DNA from: a bacterium
Lineage (GTDB): Bacteria > Armatimonadota > JACIXR01
Direction of reading: 5' to 3'
Assembly: GCA_049970775.1 (NCBI GenBank)
Contig: JBMFMH010000002.1
Location: 1-55,112 of the forward strand
Length of the DNA stretch: 55,112 nt
Position numbers and translations under genes: made by a program. The notes beneath the pieces are model-generated. The model was not told the DNA's origin, searched no databases, and was given only the letters and a program-made list of their open reading frames with translations. Shown here piece by piece: positions 16,536-26,188 of the stretch. The first letter of the stretch is position 1. Each line of letters opens with the position of its first letter.

Positions 16536-18234
16536 AATCCATCTCCCCTAATTCATCATCAATGAATGTTTTTCTCGTTGCCTTATCGGATATCGCCCTC
16601 TTTAGCTCCTGAACGATGTCAACATCGGCGCCACCCTCAGCTGATTCTCTTCTACCAACCTTAATCATAACGGGCACCCTCGTAAGCTCTCCCAGAACGA
16701 CCGCTTCCCCAGTATTCAAGCCCGGCAAATCAGCGAGAAGGGCTTCGGAAATGTTCTCGGAAGCCATACGAACTGCCTTCTGGTCCTCGGGATTGGTAAG
16801 TTTCATTATTATCTGGCTTCCGCATTGGGAGAGAGTATCTTGGTTAATCTTATAAGGACGCTGGGTTATAACCACGAGGAACACCTTGAATTTTCGTCCT
16901 TCCGCAGCGATTTTATTTATTATCTCGGCGCATCTGCTCGGTTTTCCTCTTCCGGGAACGAAGTTATGCGCCTCCTCAAGGAATACGAACAAAGGTCTTG
17001 GCAACTGTCCAAGCACCGCTTTTTCCCATATCCCTCTCAGCGTCCTATCAACGACTATCTCCATTGCCCTTTGCTGTAAACCGGCGAGGTCTATTACCGA
17101 GAGGGTTTGGGGAGAAATTATCTCGTCCAAGGGGAGGTCTTTATCGCCCCATATCTCCAAGGAGGCGAGACGGTCAACATAAGGCTTTACCCTCCTTAGT
17201 TCCTCATAGGAGGGAGCCGAGCCCTTATCCTTCTTCTTTTTCGCCTTGTTTTGCATCTCAGCGGTAATCCCCTCAAGCATCTCCTCGTTTACATCCTCAG
17301 CGATTTCCTCAAGCTCGCCTCCTAAATCATCTGAGCCCAACATTTCCTCAACCGCTTCCTTGAGCATTTGAGGGGTAAAATAGGGGCTTTGCTTTTTTAA
17401 GATGTTGAACAATATTGTTAAAGTATCCCTTATGCGAGTCCAGCTCTCTGGAATTTGTGCTATTTCAAATATATCCTCATCCTCCAAGGTCCAAAATCTT
17501 ATGGTGTATTCCTCACTTCCACCGATTTTGTCGTCGCTATACCTTCTTTCCGCTTTTAGGGGGACCCTATATACTCTAACGAAATGGGAGAAGGGGGTTC
17601 TCCTTCCATCAGGAGTTAAACGCATCATAACATAATCAGAGTTTGGGTCAAAAACAAGAATAGTTGCCCCGAGTTTCAATAGGTTTTCCAAGAGAAGACC
17701 AGCGAGGTAGGATTTTCCAGCGCCCGTTTGAGCGATTATAGCGAGGTGTCTTCTCAAGCCATTGGGGTTCAACACCACCTCAACGCCTTCCCTATTAATC
17801 AGGTTTCCAATTGGGATGCCGTATTCCACATCTTTGGAGAAGAAGTTGCGAAGGAAATCATCAGAGGCAAGGTAAACGGGCTGACCGGGAAGGGGGGTAT
17901 GGCGAGGCAATTTAACCGTTCCCTCAGGGGTAAGATAGCCCAATACATCGGCTGTTCCGATTATCTTTGGGCGAGGGGCAATTCCCTCCAAAATAGCCCT
18001 CGTTTCCTCAAATGTCAGTTCTTCTCCCAATATCTGAGATGCCACCTGAAGGCGGCTAACTTGAGCGAGGACATCAACTCGTTGAAGCCCAGGCTCAATT
18101 GCAGGGACATCCCTCACAACGAGATATTCAAGGCGAGGCGGGCAAATGCTCGGTTCAGTAACAAAGTTGAACCTTTGGGTTTCCACATTCCCAACTATAT
18201 ATCCCACTGGTTCATAGCTTTTCACAACCTCCAT
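16525..18234 (-). CDS. herA: HerA-type (DUF87/FtsK-like) hexameric ATPase/translocase
   Basis: Motifs seen: Walker A IIAQTGAGKSY and Walker B LFVFLEEAHNFVP, plus VVITQRP...IIMKLTN. The N-terminal barrel-like region has the pattern GYIVG......F. Confidence 0.9.
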   Translation of the reverse strand: MEVVKSYEPVGYIVGNVETQRFNFVTEPSICPPRLEYLVVRDVPAIEPGLQRVDVLAQVSRLQVASQILGEELTFEETRAILEGIAPRPKIIGTADVLGYLTPEGTVKLPRHTPLPGQPVYLASDDFLRNFFSKDVEYGIPIGNLINREGVEVVLNPNGLRRHLAIIAQTGAGKSYLAGLLLENLLKLGATILVFDPNSDYVMMRLTPDGRRTPFSHFVRVYRVPLKAERRYSDDKIGGSEEYTIRFWTLEDEDIFEIAQIPESWTRIRDTLTILFNILKKQSPYFTPQMLKEAVEEMLGSDDLGGELEEIAEDVNEEMLEGITAEMQNKAKKKKDKGSAPSYEELRRVKPYVDRLASLEIWGDKDLPLDEIISPQTLSVIDLAGLQQRAMEIVVDRTLRGIWEKAVLGQLPRPLFVFLEEAHNFVPGRGKPSRCAEIINKIAAEGRKFKVFLVVITQRPYKINQDTLSQCGSQIIMKLTNPEDQKAVRMASENISEALLADLPGLNTGEAVVLGELTRVPVMIKVGRRESAEGGADVDIVQELKRAISDKATRKTFIDDELGEMDFGV

Positions 18235-18241
18235 TTTCCTT

Positions 18242-19375
18242 TTAAAACCTCCTTCCGAATCTCGTATCCACTTTGCTCCTTCGTATGGGAAGCCTCGTGA
18301 GCTCCCTTAGGAGGGTAAGATAAACATCCTGGTCCCTATCCCTTAGGATAATCTCGTTATGGGCAGCGTAGAGAAGAGTTTGATAGACATTGAACCCTCC
18401 ATGGGAGGAAAGAAGCACGGAAAGGATTGGATAAATTAGTTCCTCATCCCGTATAGTTATCTCCTTTAATTCCTCTTCATCAGCCTTTATTCCAAGGGAG
18501 GAGGAAAGAACATCAACCCTATACACTTCATCGCCCTCCTCAAAGCGGATGTAGAAAATGACGACTGAGAGGAAAGGGAGTACTTTTTCAAGGCGGGAAG
18601 AAACCTCCTCACTCTTAGGGGAGGAAATAGAATCAAGGAAATCCCTTTTCACTCTCTCCCAGTCCCAGGGTTGAGGGATGACATAAGGACCAACGAGAAG
18701 GGGAGTTGAAAAACCGACGCCTTCCGTCCAAAAGGAGAAAACCTCCAAATCCGTTATATCGGTTTCCTTGTTCAATAACAGTCTCGGATAGAAGTGTCCC
18801 CGGCTCGTTTTGGATATCCCGATGAGCTTTATGTTGTATTGCATAGTAGCTTCAAGGAGGGAGAGGAAAGCTTCCAGCGCTCTCAGGGGCATATCCTCCA
18901 GTCCCTCCGGCATCCGCTGAGCGAACCTCGCCCAGCTAAGAAGGACGAGTGGTATGTAAAGGCTTCCATCAAGGAAGAGGAAGGAATTGCTGATTCTTTC
19001 TTTATAATCGCCACCGATTTTCCACTCCAACCACTGGCGGTGCACTTGATGAAACCTTTCCACATCAACCTTTTGGGTATCCCTGAAAGCCTCCACATCC
19101 ACTTCCACTTCCCTCCAATCCTTCCCTTGGAGAAGCGCCTGCACTATTGAAATGTATCTTCCACCCTGAACGGCAAGGCAAGCATTTGAACCATCTATTG
19201 CGTAAAGGGGAGAGTCGCAGGAGGGGAGAAGCTCGGGGAGGGGATGCCAAAAACGGGCGACCTCTTTTTTCAAGAAGGATTCATCTTCATTTCTTGGCTC
19301 ACGCATAAAAAGGGTGTAGAGTTTGTCTTTCTTGATATTTATATTCTCGGCGAACTTATTAGGGTAGCAGGGCAA
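18242..19375 (-). CDS. nurA: NurA-domain 5'-3' nuclease
   Basis: The catalytic-type motifs LYAIDGSN and FLFLDGSLYIP (NurA D...DGS pattern) are present. It has a TTG start with an AAGGAGGG SD 5 nt upstream and lies 7 nt upstream of herA. Confidence 0.8.
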   Translation of the reverse strand: MPCYPNKFAENINIKKDKLYTLFMREPRNEDESFLKKEVARFWHPLPELLPSCDSPLYAIDGSNACLAVQGGRYISIVQALLQGKDWREVEVDVEAFRDTQKVDVERFHQVHRQWLEWKIGGDYKERISNSFLFLDGSLYIPLVLLSWARFAQRMPEGLEDMPLRALEAFLSLLEATMQYNIKLIGISKTSRGHFYPRLLLNKETDITDLEVFSFWTEGVGFSTPLLVGPYVIPQPWDWERVKRDFLDSISSPKSEEVSSRLEKVLPFLSVVIFYIRFEEGDEVYRVDVLSSSLGIKADEEELKEITIRDEELIYPILSVLLSSHGGFNVYQTLLYAAHNEIILRDRDQDVYLTLLRELTRLPIRRSKVDTRFGRRF

Positions 19376-19397
19376 GGCTTCCCTCCTTTTTTAAAAA

Positions 19398-19426
19398 ATT
19401 ATATTTCCATACTCTTTCTCTGTCAA
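19398..19426 (-). promoter_or_regulatory. Perfect sigma70 consensus promoter (TTGACA-17-TATAAT) upstream of nurA
   Basis: On the minus strand, TTGACA is at 19426-19421, followed by a 17-nt spacer and TATAAT at 19403-19398. This is about 10 nt upstream of the SD of nurA. Confidence 0.68.
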
Positions 19427-19520
19427 AGAGGGGTAAGATTACATACTATAGTCTATACTTATTCTTTCGCCTAAGGAAAGATGTTACTTTAGTTCTGGTA
19501 TCTTTTATAACGAGGGGATT

Positions 19521-20576
19521 TTAAAGGATAATTAACTCTTTGGGAAATTTGGTCAAATTGCGGGAGGAATCCTTACTTATAACTACCATATCCTCTATCC
19601 TCACGCCACCAAGCCCCTCAATATAAACACCGGGCTCCACCGTCACCACCGTCGACGAACGAAGCTTTTCCTTGCTTCCAGGAGCTAATGAGGGAATTTC
19701 GTGAACTTCTCTTCCCACTCCGTGTCCCAAGGAGTGGGTGAAATGCTCCCCATAACCCTTTTCCTTTAAGCTTTCCCTTGCCAAACTATCAGCCTCCTCG
19801 CCTCTCATTCCCGCTTTTATCTTCTCTATGACAAGGTTCTGCGCCTCTAATACCGCCTCATATATCTTTAGTATTTCTTCATCAGGCTTTCCGAAGAAAA
19901 ACACCCTCGTGATATCCGAGCAGTAGCCGTCAATCCTCGCGCCGGTATCTATAAGGATTACATCACCTCTTTTCAATTTCCTATTCCCAGGCTTAGCGTG
20001 GGGAAGGGCGCTCCTTTCCCCGAAAGCAACGATGCTCTCAAAAGCCATTTCTCCACCTTCTCTTTTGATAAAAAACTCCAACTCCTCCGCTAAATCCCTC
20101 TCGCTCATCCCCTCTTTAATAATACCAAGGCAATGGGAAATCGCTTCCTCGCTTAACCGCAAGGCTCTTTCCATCCTCTCTAACTCCCACTCATTTTTAA
20201 TCATTCTTTCCCTCTCCACAATCTCGCTTAAAGGAACAAAAGAAGTTCCCTTCGCTTTTCTCCGCAGAAACCTGTATACACGATAGCTCATATGAGCTTC
20301 TTCAAAACCAAGCCTTTTAATTCCCCTGTTTTTCACGAACTCGCCAACGGTCTCCCAAAAGGAACCCTTCGCAAGCACAATCTCGCAGTCCTTCGCCTCC
20401 TCCTTTGCCTGTATATAGTACCTACCATCAACGAAAAGGAAGTTCCCATCGCCCAAGAGGAGAGCGCCCAGGGAACCATAGAACCCGCAAAGATAGGCTA
20501 TATTTTCCTTTTGGATTACAAGGAATGCATCGACTTTTTTCCTCTTCAACGCTTCCAAAACTTTGCGACTTTGCAT
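19521..20576 (-). CDS. pepP: M24B Xaa-Pro aminopeptidase/dipeptidase
   Basis: Metal-ligand blocks seen: DTGARIDGYCSDITR, HSLGHGVGREVHE and VTVEPGVY...GVRIEDMVV. The aroQ-pepP order is classic. Confidence 0.9.
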   Translation of the reverse strand: MQSRKVLEALKRKKVDAFLVIQKENIAYLCGFYGSLGALLLGDGNFLFVDGRYYIQAKEEAKDCEIVLAKGSFWETVGEFVKNRGIKRLGFEEAHMSYRVYRFLRRKAKGTSFVPLSEIVERERMIKNEWELERMERALRLSEEAISHCLGIIKEGMSERDLAEELEFFIKREGGEMAFESIVAFGERSALPHAKPGNRKLKRGDVILIDTGARIDGYCSDITRVFFFGKPDEEILKIYEAVLEAQNLVIEKIKAGMRGEEADSLARESLKEKGYGEHFTHSLGHGVGREVHEIPSLAPGSKEKLRSSTVVTVEPGVYIEGLGGVRIEDMVVISKDSSRNLTKFPKELIIL

Positions 20577-20578
20577 TT

Positions 20579-21016
20579 TTATTTCTCCTCCAAGAACATC
20601 TTCATCGCTTGCAGGGCAAGGATATAGCTAGCGCCTCCGAAACCATAGATTCCTCCAATGCATACGGGAGCGATAACAGAATGGCGCCTGAACTCCTCCC
20701 GTGAATGGATGTTTGAGAGATGAACCTCTATCGTGGGCAATCTCACGCTTGCTATAGCATCCCTTATGGCGAAACTGTAATGGGTATAAGCACCGGGATT
20801 CAAGATAATCCCTTGGACTTGCCCCAATGCGGAATGGATTTCCTCTATTATTTCTTTTTCCCCATTGTATTGGACTATCTTCACTTCCATACCCAGCTTT
20901 TTCGCTTCTTCTTCAATATGCCTGTTTATATCCTGAAGGCTTTGTCTTCCATAGACCTCCGGTTCCCTTGTTCCCAAGAGGTTCAGATTGGGTCCGTGAA
21001 TGACGAGGATTTTCAT
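20579..21016 (-). CDS. aroQ: Type II 3-dehydroquinate dehydratase
   Basis: [32 protein letters not shown] and [14 protein letters not shown] are textbook AroQ motifs. Confidence 0.95.
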   Translation of the reverse strand: MKILVIHGPNLNLLGTREPEVYGRQSLQDINRHIEEEAKKLGMEVKIVQYNGEKEIIEEIHSALGQVQGIILNPGAYTHYSFAIRDAIASVRLPTIEVHLSNIHSREEFRRHSVIAPVCIGGIYGFGGASYILALQAMKMFLEEK

Positions 21017-22108
21017 TTATACACCTCCTCTTAGAGTTGATTTTACCACATTCAACCAGGCTTGTCGCCATAAATCAAGCGAAAAGTTCTCTAAAACTTG
21101 TTTTCTTTGCCACTCCCCTAACTCTTCTCTTTTAGGATAAATTTCCAAGATCTTCTCAGCAAGAGAGATGGGATTGGGTTGGCATTTGACTGTTGGAAGG
21201 TCAGCTAAGCCACCGATGGAGGTGGATATCGTCGCAACACCGCTTGCCATTGCCTCCAAGGCGGATAGGGAAGTTCCCTCCCCGAATAGGGAAGGAATAA
21301 GACAAATTCCAGCTCTGTGATATAGCAACCGCATATCCTCCCAGGCTATGTGCCCTAAAAAACGCACCCTGCCCTTAAGTCCAAGCTCATCCGTTATCTT
21401 AAACAAGCTTAGGGCATAACCAGGGTCGCCTAAGCCACCCGCAACAAGAAGACGAACGGAGGGAATGTCTCTTCTTATTAATGAAAAAGCTTGAATAGCG
21501 AGATGAACCCCACGGGAGAAATAGAGATTACGAGGAACTATGATGTCCATTCCTGCTCTTTCTTGGGGAGGAGAGAAAAAAGATGTATCAACGCAATTGG
21601 GTATAAGCCAACGGGAGGGAAGAACTTGGGAGAACATTTTCTCCCCTGGGGAAATATTGATGCCCATTTCCCGGAGGAAAAAGGAATCATTAGCTACAAA
21701 GGCGCTTGATTTCTCAAAGGCGAATTTTGCGAACCATTTTTTGATTTTGCTCGCCGTAGAGCGAGGGAAATCATCCCACACAACACCATGCGAGATGACG
21801 ATTGTTCTTGGATGCCATCTCAAGGGGAAGAAATAAGGGGAGTAATGGATAAGGAGGAGGTTATATTTTGAAAAACGCGGTGCTTGGAGTGCTACGAATA
21901 GGGGCACCAGCCAGAAACTATGCCCTTTTAATCTGGGTAGGGGTGGATAGGAATGGATATAATGAGGAATATGTTTTTCCCATTTTTGGAAGACCTCCTG
22001 CTCATATCCTTCATTTGCTAACAGCTTGAATAAATTGTCAAGATAGACATCCGCTCCTCCTCTGATGGGGTAATAAGAGTAAGTTATGTGAGCGATTCTT
22101 ACGCTCAT
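21017..22108 (-). CDS. Glycosyltransferase family 4 (GT-B fold)
   Basis: The C-terminal block EGTSLSALEAMASGVATISTSIGGLADL follows the E..G....EAMA.G pattern. Its stop abuts the aroQ ATG. Confidence 0.85.
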   Translation of the reverse strand: MSVRIAHITYSYYPIRGGADVYLDNLFKLLANEGYEQEVFQKWEKHIPHYIHSYPPLPRLKGHSFWLVPLFVALQAPRFSKYNLLLIHYSPYFFPLRWHPRTIVISHGVVWDDFPRSTASKIKKWFAKFAFEKSSAFVANDSFFLREMGINISPGEKMFSQVLPSRWLIPNCVDTSFFSPPQERAGMDIIVPRNLYFSRGVHLAIQAFSLIRRDIPSVRLLVAGGLGDPGYALSLFKITDELGLKGRVRFLGHIAWEDMRLLYHRAGICLIPSLFGEGTSLSALEAMASGVATISTSIGGLADLPTVKCQPNPISLAEKILEIYPKREELGEWQRKQVLENFSLDLWRQAWLNVVKSTLRGGV

Positions 22109-22293
22109 TTGCTTAAAGCTCGGGATAATTCGTTTAGGGCTGTGAGGGTAGGGGATTTATTAAAGGGTATTTTTAGCTCTTGAAGGATGGGAATGAAGTC
22201 GCTTTTTTCATCGGCGACGAGGAGCATTCCCTTGCCTAAACTCATTGCTATGGAAGATAACGAGAAAAGGAGAGAAAATCCCTTAGTGAGCAT
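22105..22293 (-). CDS. Small hypothetical protein (62 aa)
   Basis: A 4-nt ATGA overlap with the downstream GT4 gene suggests translational coupling. It has no SD but a promoter-like sequence positioned for a leaderless transcript. No family was recognised. Confidence 0.4.
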   Translation of the reverse strand: MLTKGFSLLFSLSSIAMSLGKGMLLVADEKSDFIPILQELKIPFNKSPTLTALNELSRALSK

Positions 22294-22300
22294 TGATTAA

Positions 22301-22329
22301 ATTTTAAAACTACCAAATTAAAGAGGCAA
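22301..22329 (-). promoter_or_regulatory. Candidate promoter (TTGCCT-17-TAAAAT) placed for a leaderless transcript of the 62-aa ORF / GT4 / aroQ / pepP string
   Basis: The hexamers were read on the minus strand. The -10 box ends 7 nt before the ATG at 22293, and there is no SD. Confidence 0.35.
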
Positions 22330-22345
22330 GCGATTCTCGAGTTTG

Positions 22346-22373
22346 TTGACAGGGATGAAAGTAGGTCTATAAT
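22346..22373 (+). promoter_or_regulatory. Sigma70-type promoter (TTGACA-16-TATAAT) for the sugar ABC operon
   Basis: TTGACA is at 22346-22351 and TATAAT at 22368-22373. The AAAGGAGG SD and the ATG at 22400 follow. Confidence 0.55.
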
Positions 22374-22399
22374 AGTTTTTAAAAAAGGAGGAATTTAAT

Positions 22400-23374
22400 A
22401 TGCGGCGTCTTGTAATTATCGTTGTCAGCCTCTTGATTGCCATTGCTCTAATCGGGATAGGCATCTGGTATTCCCGAGGCGGCAAGAAACAAAAGCCTTT
22501 AATCGGTGTGAGCCTGTTAACGAAACAGCATGTATTTTATAGGGATTTAGAACAAGGGATGAGGGAAGAAGCGAAGAAGATGAATGTTGATTTAGCGATA
22601 GAATCGGCAGAATTTGATAACGCTCAACAAACAACGCAAGTGGAAAACTTCATAACTATGGGCGTTGATGCAATCATCCTTTGTCCCGCTGATTCGGAGG
22701 GAATAGTGCAGGCAGTTAAATCGGCAAATAAGGCCGGTGTTCCCGTCTTCACCGCCGATATAGCTGCTAAAGGAGGAGATGTGGTCTGCCATATAGCTTC
22801 CAATAATGTTCAAGGTGGAAGGTTAGCAGGTGCTTATCTCGCCAAACTGCTTCACGGCAAAGGAAACATCGTGATAATAGACCATCCAGTTGTAACCTCG
22901 GTTCAGGAAAGAGTAAAAGGGTTCTTGGAGGAGATAAAGAAATATCCTGGCATAAAGGTGATAGCTCGCCAGTCGGGGGAAGGGCAGAAAGATAAAGCTA
23001 TGGCAGTGATGGAGAACCTTCTTCAAGCCTATCCAAATATAGACGCTGTGTTCGCTATTAACGATGATTCCGCTCTTGGTGCCTTATCAGCGATAAGGGG
23101 AAGCAAACTGCCAAATAAGGACAAAATCATAATCGTGGGCTACGATGCCACTCCGGAGGCTTGCAAAGCAATCCTAAATAAAACGAACCTCAAAGCGGAT
23201 GTAATCCAGTATCCCAAGAAAATCGGGCAGAAAGTGGTGGAGATAGCGGCTAAATACTTGGAGGCAAAAAGGAAAGGAGAAAAGCTCAACATCCCCAAAG
23301 TGATTTACATAGATGTCGGTATCGTTGATAACTCTCAGCCTGAACTTCTTAAATCCTTAGCTCAAGGAGGATGA
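22400..23374 (+). CDS. Monosaccharide (ribose-type, CUT2) ABC transporter substrate-binding protein, membrane-anchored
   Basis: Periplasmic-binding-protein type I character is seen (IGVSLLTKQHVFY..., VDAIILCPADS, IVGYDATPEA). The N-terminal hydrophobic anchor has no lipobox Cys. Confidence 0.9.
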   Translation: MRRLVIIVVSLLIAIALIGIGIWYSRGGKKQKPLIGVSLLTKQHVFYRDLEQGMREEAKKMNVDLAIESAEFDNAQQTTQVENFITMGVDAIILCPADSEGIVQAVKSANKAGVPVFTADIAAKGGDVVCHIASNNVQGGRLAGAYLAKLLHGKGNIVIIDHPVVTSVQERVKGFLEEIKKYPGIKVIARQSGEGQKDKAMAVMENLLQAYPNIDAVFAINDDSALGALSAIRGSKLPNKDKIIIVGYDATPEACKAILNKTNLKADVIQYPKKIGQKVVEIAAKYLEAKRKGEKLNIPKVIYIDVGIVDNSQPELLKSLAQGG

Positions 23375-23377
23375 GAT

Positions 23378-24871
23378 ATGCCCGTCCTTGAAATGAAGGG
23401 GATAACCAAGCAATTTCCCGGTGTATTAGCGCTTGATAATGTTAACTTTGAGGTAGAGAGAGGGGAGGTTCATGCCCTCGTAGGGGAGAATGGGGCAGGG
23501 AAGTCCACCCTCTTAAAGATTCTCGCTGGTGCATTGACGATGGATAAAGGAGAGATATTAATTAATGGGAAGCCCATTCGCTTTCATTCCCCTTTGGATG
23601 CGATACAGGCGGGAATAGCGGTCATTTATCAGGAGTTCAACCTCGTTCCCTACCTCTCAGCTGGTGAGAATATTTTCCTCGGCAGGGAACCAAGAAGGTT
23701 CAATGGCTTCGTTGATTTCAAGAAGCTTCATTCCGATGCCCAGCGAATACTTGACAGAATTGGCGCGAACTTTAGCTCTCGCACCCTTGTCTCCCAGCTT
23801 TCCGTAGCACAACAACAAATGACGGAAATCGCCAAAGCTCTATCCCAGAACGCCCAAATTATCGCAATGGATGAGCCTACATCAGCTCTTACCGATAGGG
23901 AAGTTGCCCATCTGTTTGATATCATCAAAAGCCTGAAAGAGGAAGGAGTAGCGATAATCTTCGTTTCCCATCGTTTAGAGGAGATTTTCCAAATAGCAGA
24001 GCGAATCACCGTTTTGCGGGATGGGAAATATGTGGGAACGAAACGGATAGAGGAAACGAATAGAGACGAGGTCATCGCTATGATGGTGGGCAGAGAGATT
24101 AAGGAGAAGATACCAAAGCGACCAGCTAAAATTGGAGAAGAGATATTGAGAGTGGAAGGATTAACTCGTGAGGGGGTTTTTAGGGATATTTCCTTTACTC
24201 TCCATAAAGGGGAGGTATTGGGATTGGCGGGGTTAGTAGGAGCGGGCAGGACGGAGATAGCTCGTGCGATATTCGGCGCTGACCCAATAGATAGAGGGAA
24301 GATTTACCTTGAGGGCAAGGAGGTGCGAATTCGCAGTCCACAAGATGCAATCAAATTAGGAATAGGGCTTCTGACGGAGGATAGGAAGCGATATGGACTC
24401 GTCCTTCCTATGACTGTTCGGGAGAACACCACTCTTGCTAATCTAGTGGAAGTAGCTATGCGAGGTTTCATAAACTTCTCCAAAGAAAGAGGGGTCGCGC
24501 GCAGATTGGTTGAGGATTTGGATATAAGGACTCCATCAATAGAGCAAATTGCCAGAAACCTCTCTGGAGGAAATCAACAGAAGCTTGTATTAGCAAAATG
24601 GCTCTTCACCAAGTGCAAGGTCCTCATATTTGATGAACCTACGAGAGGGATAGATGTGGGAGCGAAAGTGGAGATATACGAGTTGATGAATCAGTTGGCG
24701 GAGAAAGGGGTGGGGATAATTATGATTTCCTCTGAGCTTCCCGAGATTTTGGGAATGAGCGACCGCATTCTCGTCATTCACGAGGGAAGGATAACAGGAG
24801 AACTAAGGAGGGAAGAAGCAACGCAGGAGAGGGTTATGCATCTTGCAACAGGTGGGAGCCTTGCCTCCTGA
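23378..24871 (+). CDS. Sugar ABC transporter ATP-binding protein (tandem ABC domains, RbsA/MglA-type)
   Basis: Two Walker A / signature sets are present (GENGAGKST...; LSGGNQQK...[10 protein letters not shown]). The length of 497 aa is typical of CUT2 ATPases. Confidence 0.95.
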   Translation: MPVLEMKGITKQFPGVLALDNVNFEVERGEVHALVGENGAGKSTLLKILAGALTMDKGEILINGKPIRFHSPLDAIQAGIAVIYQEFNLVPYLSAGENIFLGREPRRFNGFVDFKKLHSDAQRILDRIGANFSSRTLVSQLSVAQQQMTEIAKALSQNAQIIAMDEPTSALTDREVAHLFDIIKSLKEEGVAIIFVSHRLEEIFQIAERITVLRDGKYVGTKRIEETNRDEVIAMMVGREIKEKIPKRPAKIGEEILRVEGLTREGVFRDISFTLHKGEVLGLAGLVGAGRTEIARAIFGADPIDRGKIYLEGKEVRIRSPQDAIKLGIGLLTEDRKRYGLVLPMTVRENTTLANLVEVAMRGFINFSKERGVARRLVEDLDIRTPSIEQIARNLSGGNQQKLVLAKWLFTKCKVLIFDEPTRGIDVGAKVEIYELMNQLAEKGVGIIMISSELPEILGMSDRILVIHEGRITGELRREEATQERVMHLATGGSLAS

Positions 24872-25883
24872 AAAACAAGCTTCCACCCGTCTTTCCTTGA
24901 CCGCTTCCTTCGCCAATTTGCTCCTTCGCTACGGCATCCCTCTTTTCATCATCCTTATCTCAATATATTTCTCTATCGCCGCCCCCAAATTCTTAACAAT
25001 TGATAATTTCCTGAATGTTTTGAGGCAGATTTCCATAAATACGATTGTGGCTCTCGGAATGACATTTGTGATAATAACAGCGGGAATAGACCTCTCCGTT
25101 GGCTCAATTGTTGCCCTCGCAGCGGTAATCTGCACCGGGGTTATGAAAAACGGCATCACCATTTCCCATTTTACCCTTTTACCTCCGCCCTCTGTGGCAG
25201 TAGGCGTTCCCTTGGGTATTCTCATAGGTCTGCTTCTTGGCGCCTTCCTCGGCGCTTTCAACGGTTTCTTCATCACCCGCTTCAATATTCCTCCCTTCGT
25301 TGTTACCCTCGCAATGATGACGATTGCAAGAGGCCTAGCTTTCATTTACACTGGCGGTTTCCCCGTTCCCGAGCTTCCCGAACCTTTCGTTAATTTAGGC
25401 ACTGGATACATTGGGAGCATTCCCGTGCCCGTTGTGATTATGATTATCCTTGCCTTTACTACCCATTACATTCTCACGAGAACCACTTTTGGACGCTATG
25501 TTTTCGCTATCGGAGGAAACGAGGAAGCAGCAAGGCTATCGGGAATTAACATAAATAGAGTTAAACTTTTAGTCTACACCTTAAGCGGTTTTCTCGCTGC
25601 CCTTGCGGGGATTATCCTTGCTGCTCGCCTTGGTTCAGGCGACCCGAAAACGGGATATATGTATGAGCTGAACGCAATCGCAGCGGTTGTTTTGGGTGGA
25701 ACGAGCCTATCCGGTGGAAAGGGCACCATTGGAGGAACTTTCCTCGGTGCGCTTTTGATAGGTATAATTGATAACGGTTTAGTTCTTATGCGTGTTTCCA
25801 CTTTCTATCAATATGTCGTCAAGGGAGGAATCATACTCGCCGCCGTCCTCTTGGATAGAATAAAGGAAATGCGCAGAGCCTGA
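24843..25883 (+). CDS. Sugar ABC transporter permease (RbsC-type)
   Basis: It is multi-pass hydrophobic, and [10 protein letters not shown] and [15 protein letters not shown] are typical of the family. The start is uncertain (TTG at 24843 overlaps the ATPase gene end). Confidence 0.9.
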   Translation: MQQVGALPPEKQASTRLSLTASFANLLLRYGIPLFIILISIYFSIAAPKFLTIDNFLNVLRQISINTIVALGMTFVIITAGIDLSVGSIVALAAVICTGVMKNGITISHFTLLPPPSVAVGVPLGILIGLLLGAFLGAFNGFFITRFNIPPFVVTLAMMTIARGLAFIYTGGFPVPELPEPFVNLGTGYIGSIPVPVVIMIILAFTTHYILTRTTFGRYVFAIGGNEEAARLSGININRVKLLVYTLSGFLAALAGIILAARLGSGDPKTGYMYELNAIAAVVLGGTSLSGGKGTIGGTFLGALLIGIIDNGLVLMRVSTFYQYVVKGGIILAAVLLDRIKEMRRA

Positions 25884-26008
25884 AAAATTTCGCTCTTCAA
25901 TACAAGTTTTTGGTGAAATTTTTGCTATAATTGGTAAGTAGAGAATAGGTAACTGAAGTTGAGATAGAGGAAATATTCTTGTGATATGGTCTAAAGGGAA
26001 GCGCTATA

Positions 26009-26173
26009 ATGTTGCGTAATTCCAAAAAAGGAGAACAGCTTTCATTCCTCCCTATTCACCACCAACAAATGGAGCAATAACGAAAAAAAGAAAGATTAGG
26101 AAAATTAAATGGAAAAATGAAAAGGATTTATCGATTTTTTGGAATTTTTTTATAGGATTTATGCAACAAAACC
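26009..26173 (-). mobile_element. MITE-like element, copy 2 (about 165 bp, partly degraded, inverted relative to copy 1)
   Basis: The reverse complement begins GGTTTTGTTGCATAAATCCTATAAAAA. It shares an identical 23-nt run with the start of copy 1, then blocks such as CCATTTAATTTTCCTAATC and GCTCCATTTGTTGGTGGTGAATAGGGAGG. The far end, GAATTACGCAACAT, is degenerate, and no target duplication is recognisable. Confidence 0.65.
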
Positions 26174-26188
26174 ATAAACAGTGAAAAT

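Noticed and set aside
17728-18300. 190-aa plus-strand ORF
   Set aside because: It lies almost entirely inside herA (its last ~65 nt run past the herA start into the nurA 3' end) on the opposite strand. herA has unambiguous Walker A and B motifs.
16525-19375. HerA/NurA as a stand-alone anti-phage defence module
   Set aside because: HerA here is paired with NurA and translationally coupled to Mre11 and Rad50, the canonical end-resection partners. It is not paired with Sir2, DUF4297 or other defence effectors. A defence role cannot be excluded, but context does not support it.
25923-25931. Extended -10-like TGCTATAAT in the ABC-operon / ligase spacer, considered as a promoter for a small RNA or the ligase
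   Set aside because: No acceptable -35 element lies at 16-18 nt. The nearest downstream gene start is about 260 nt away, across the MITE remnant. The evidence is insufficient without transcript data.
12356-26173. Interpretation of the inverted MITE pair as a composite transposon or genomic island carrying the resection operon
   Set aside because: No transposase or integrase is present. Copy 2 has a degraded outer end and no target duplication, and core housekeeping genes (aroQ, pepP) lie inside. The idea is kept only as a low-interest inversion hypothesis.
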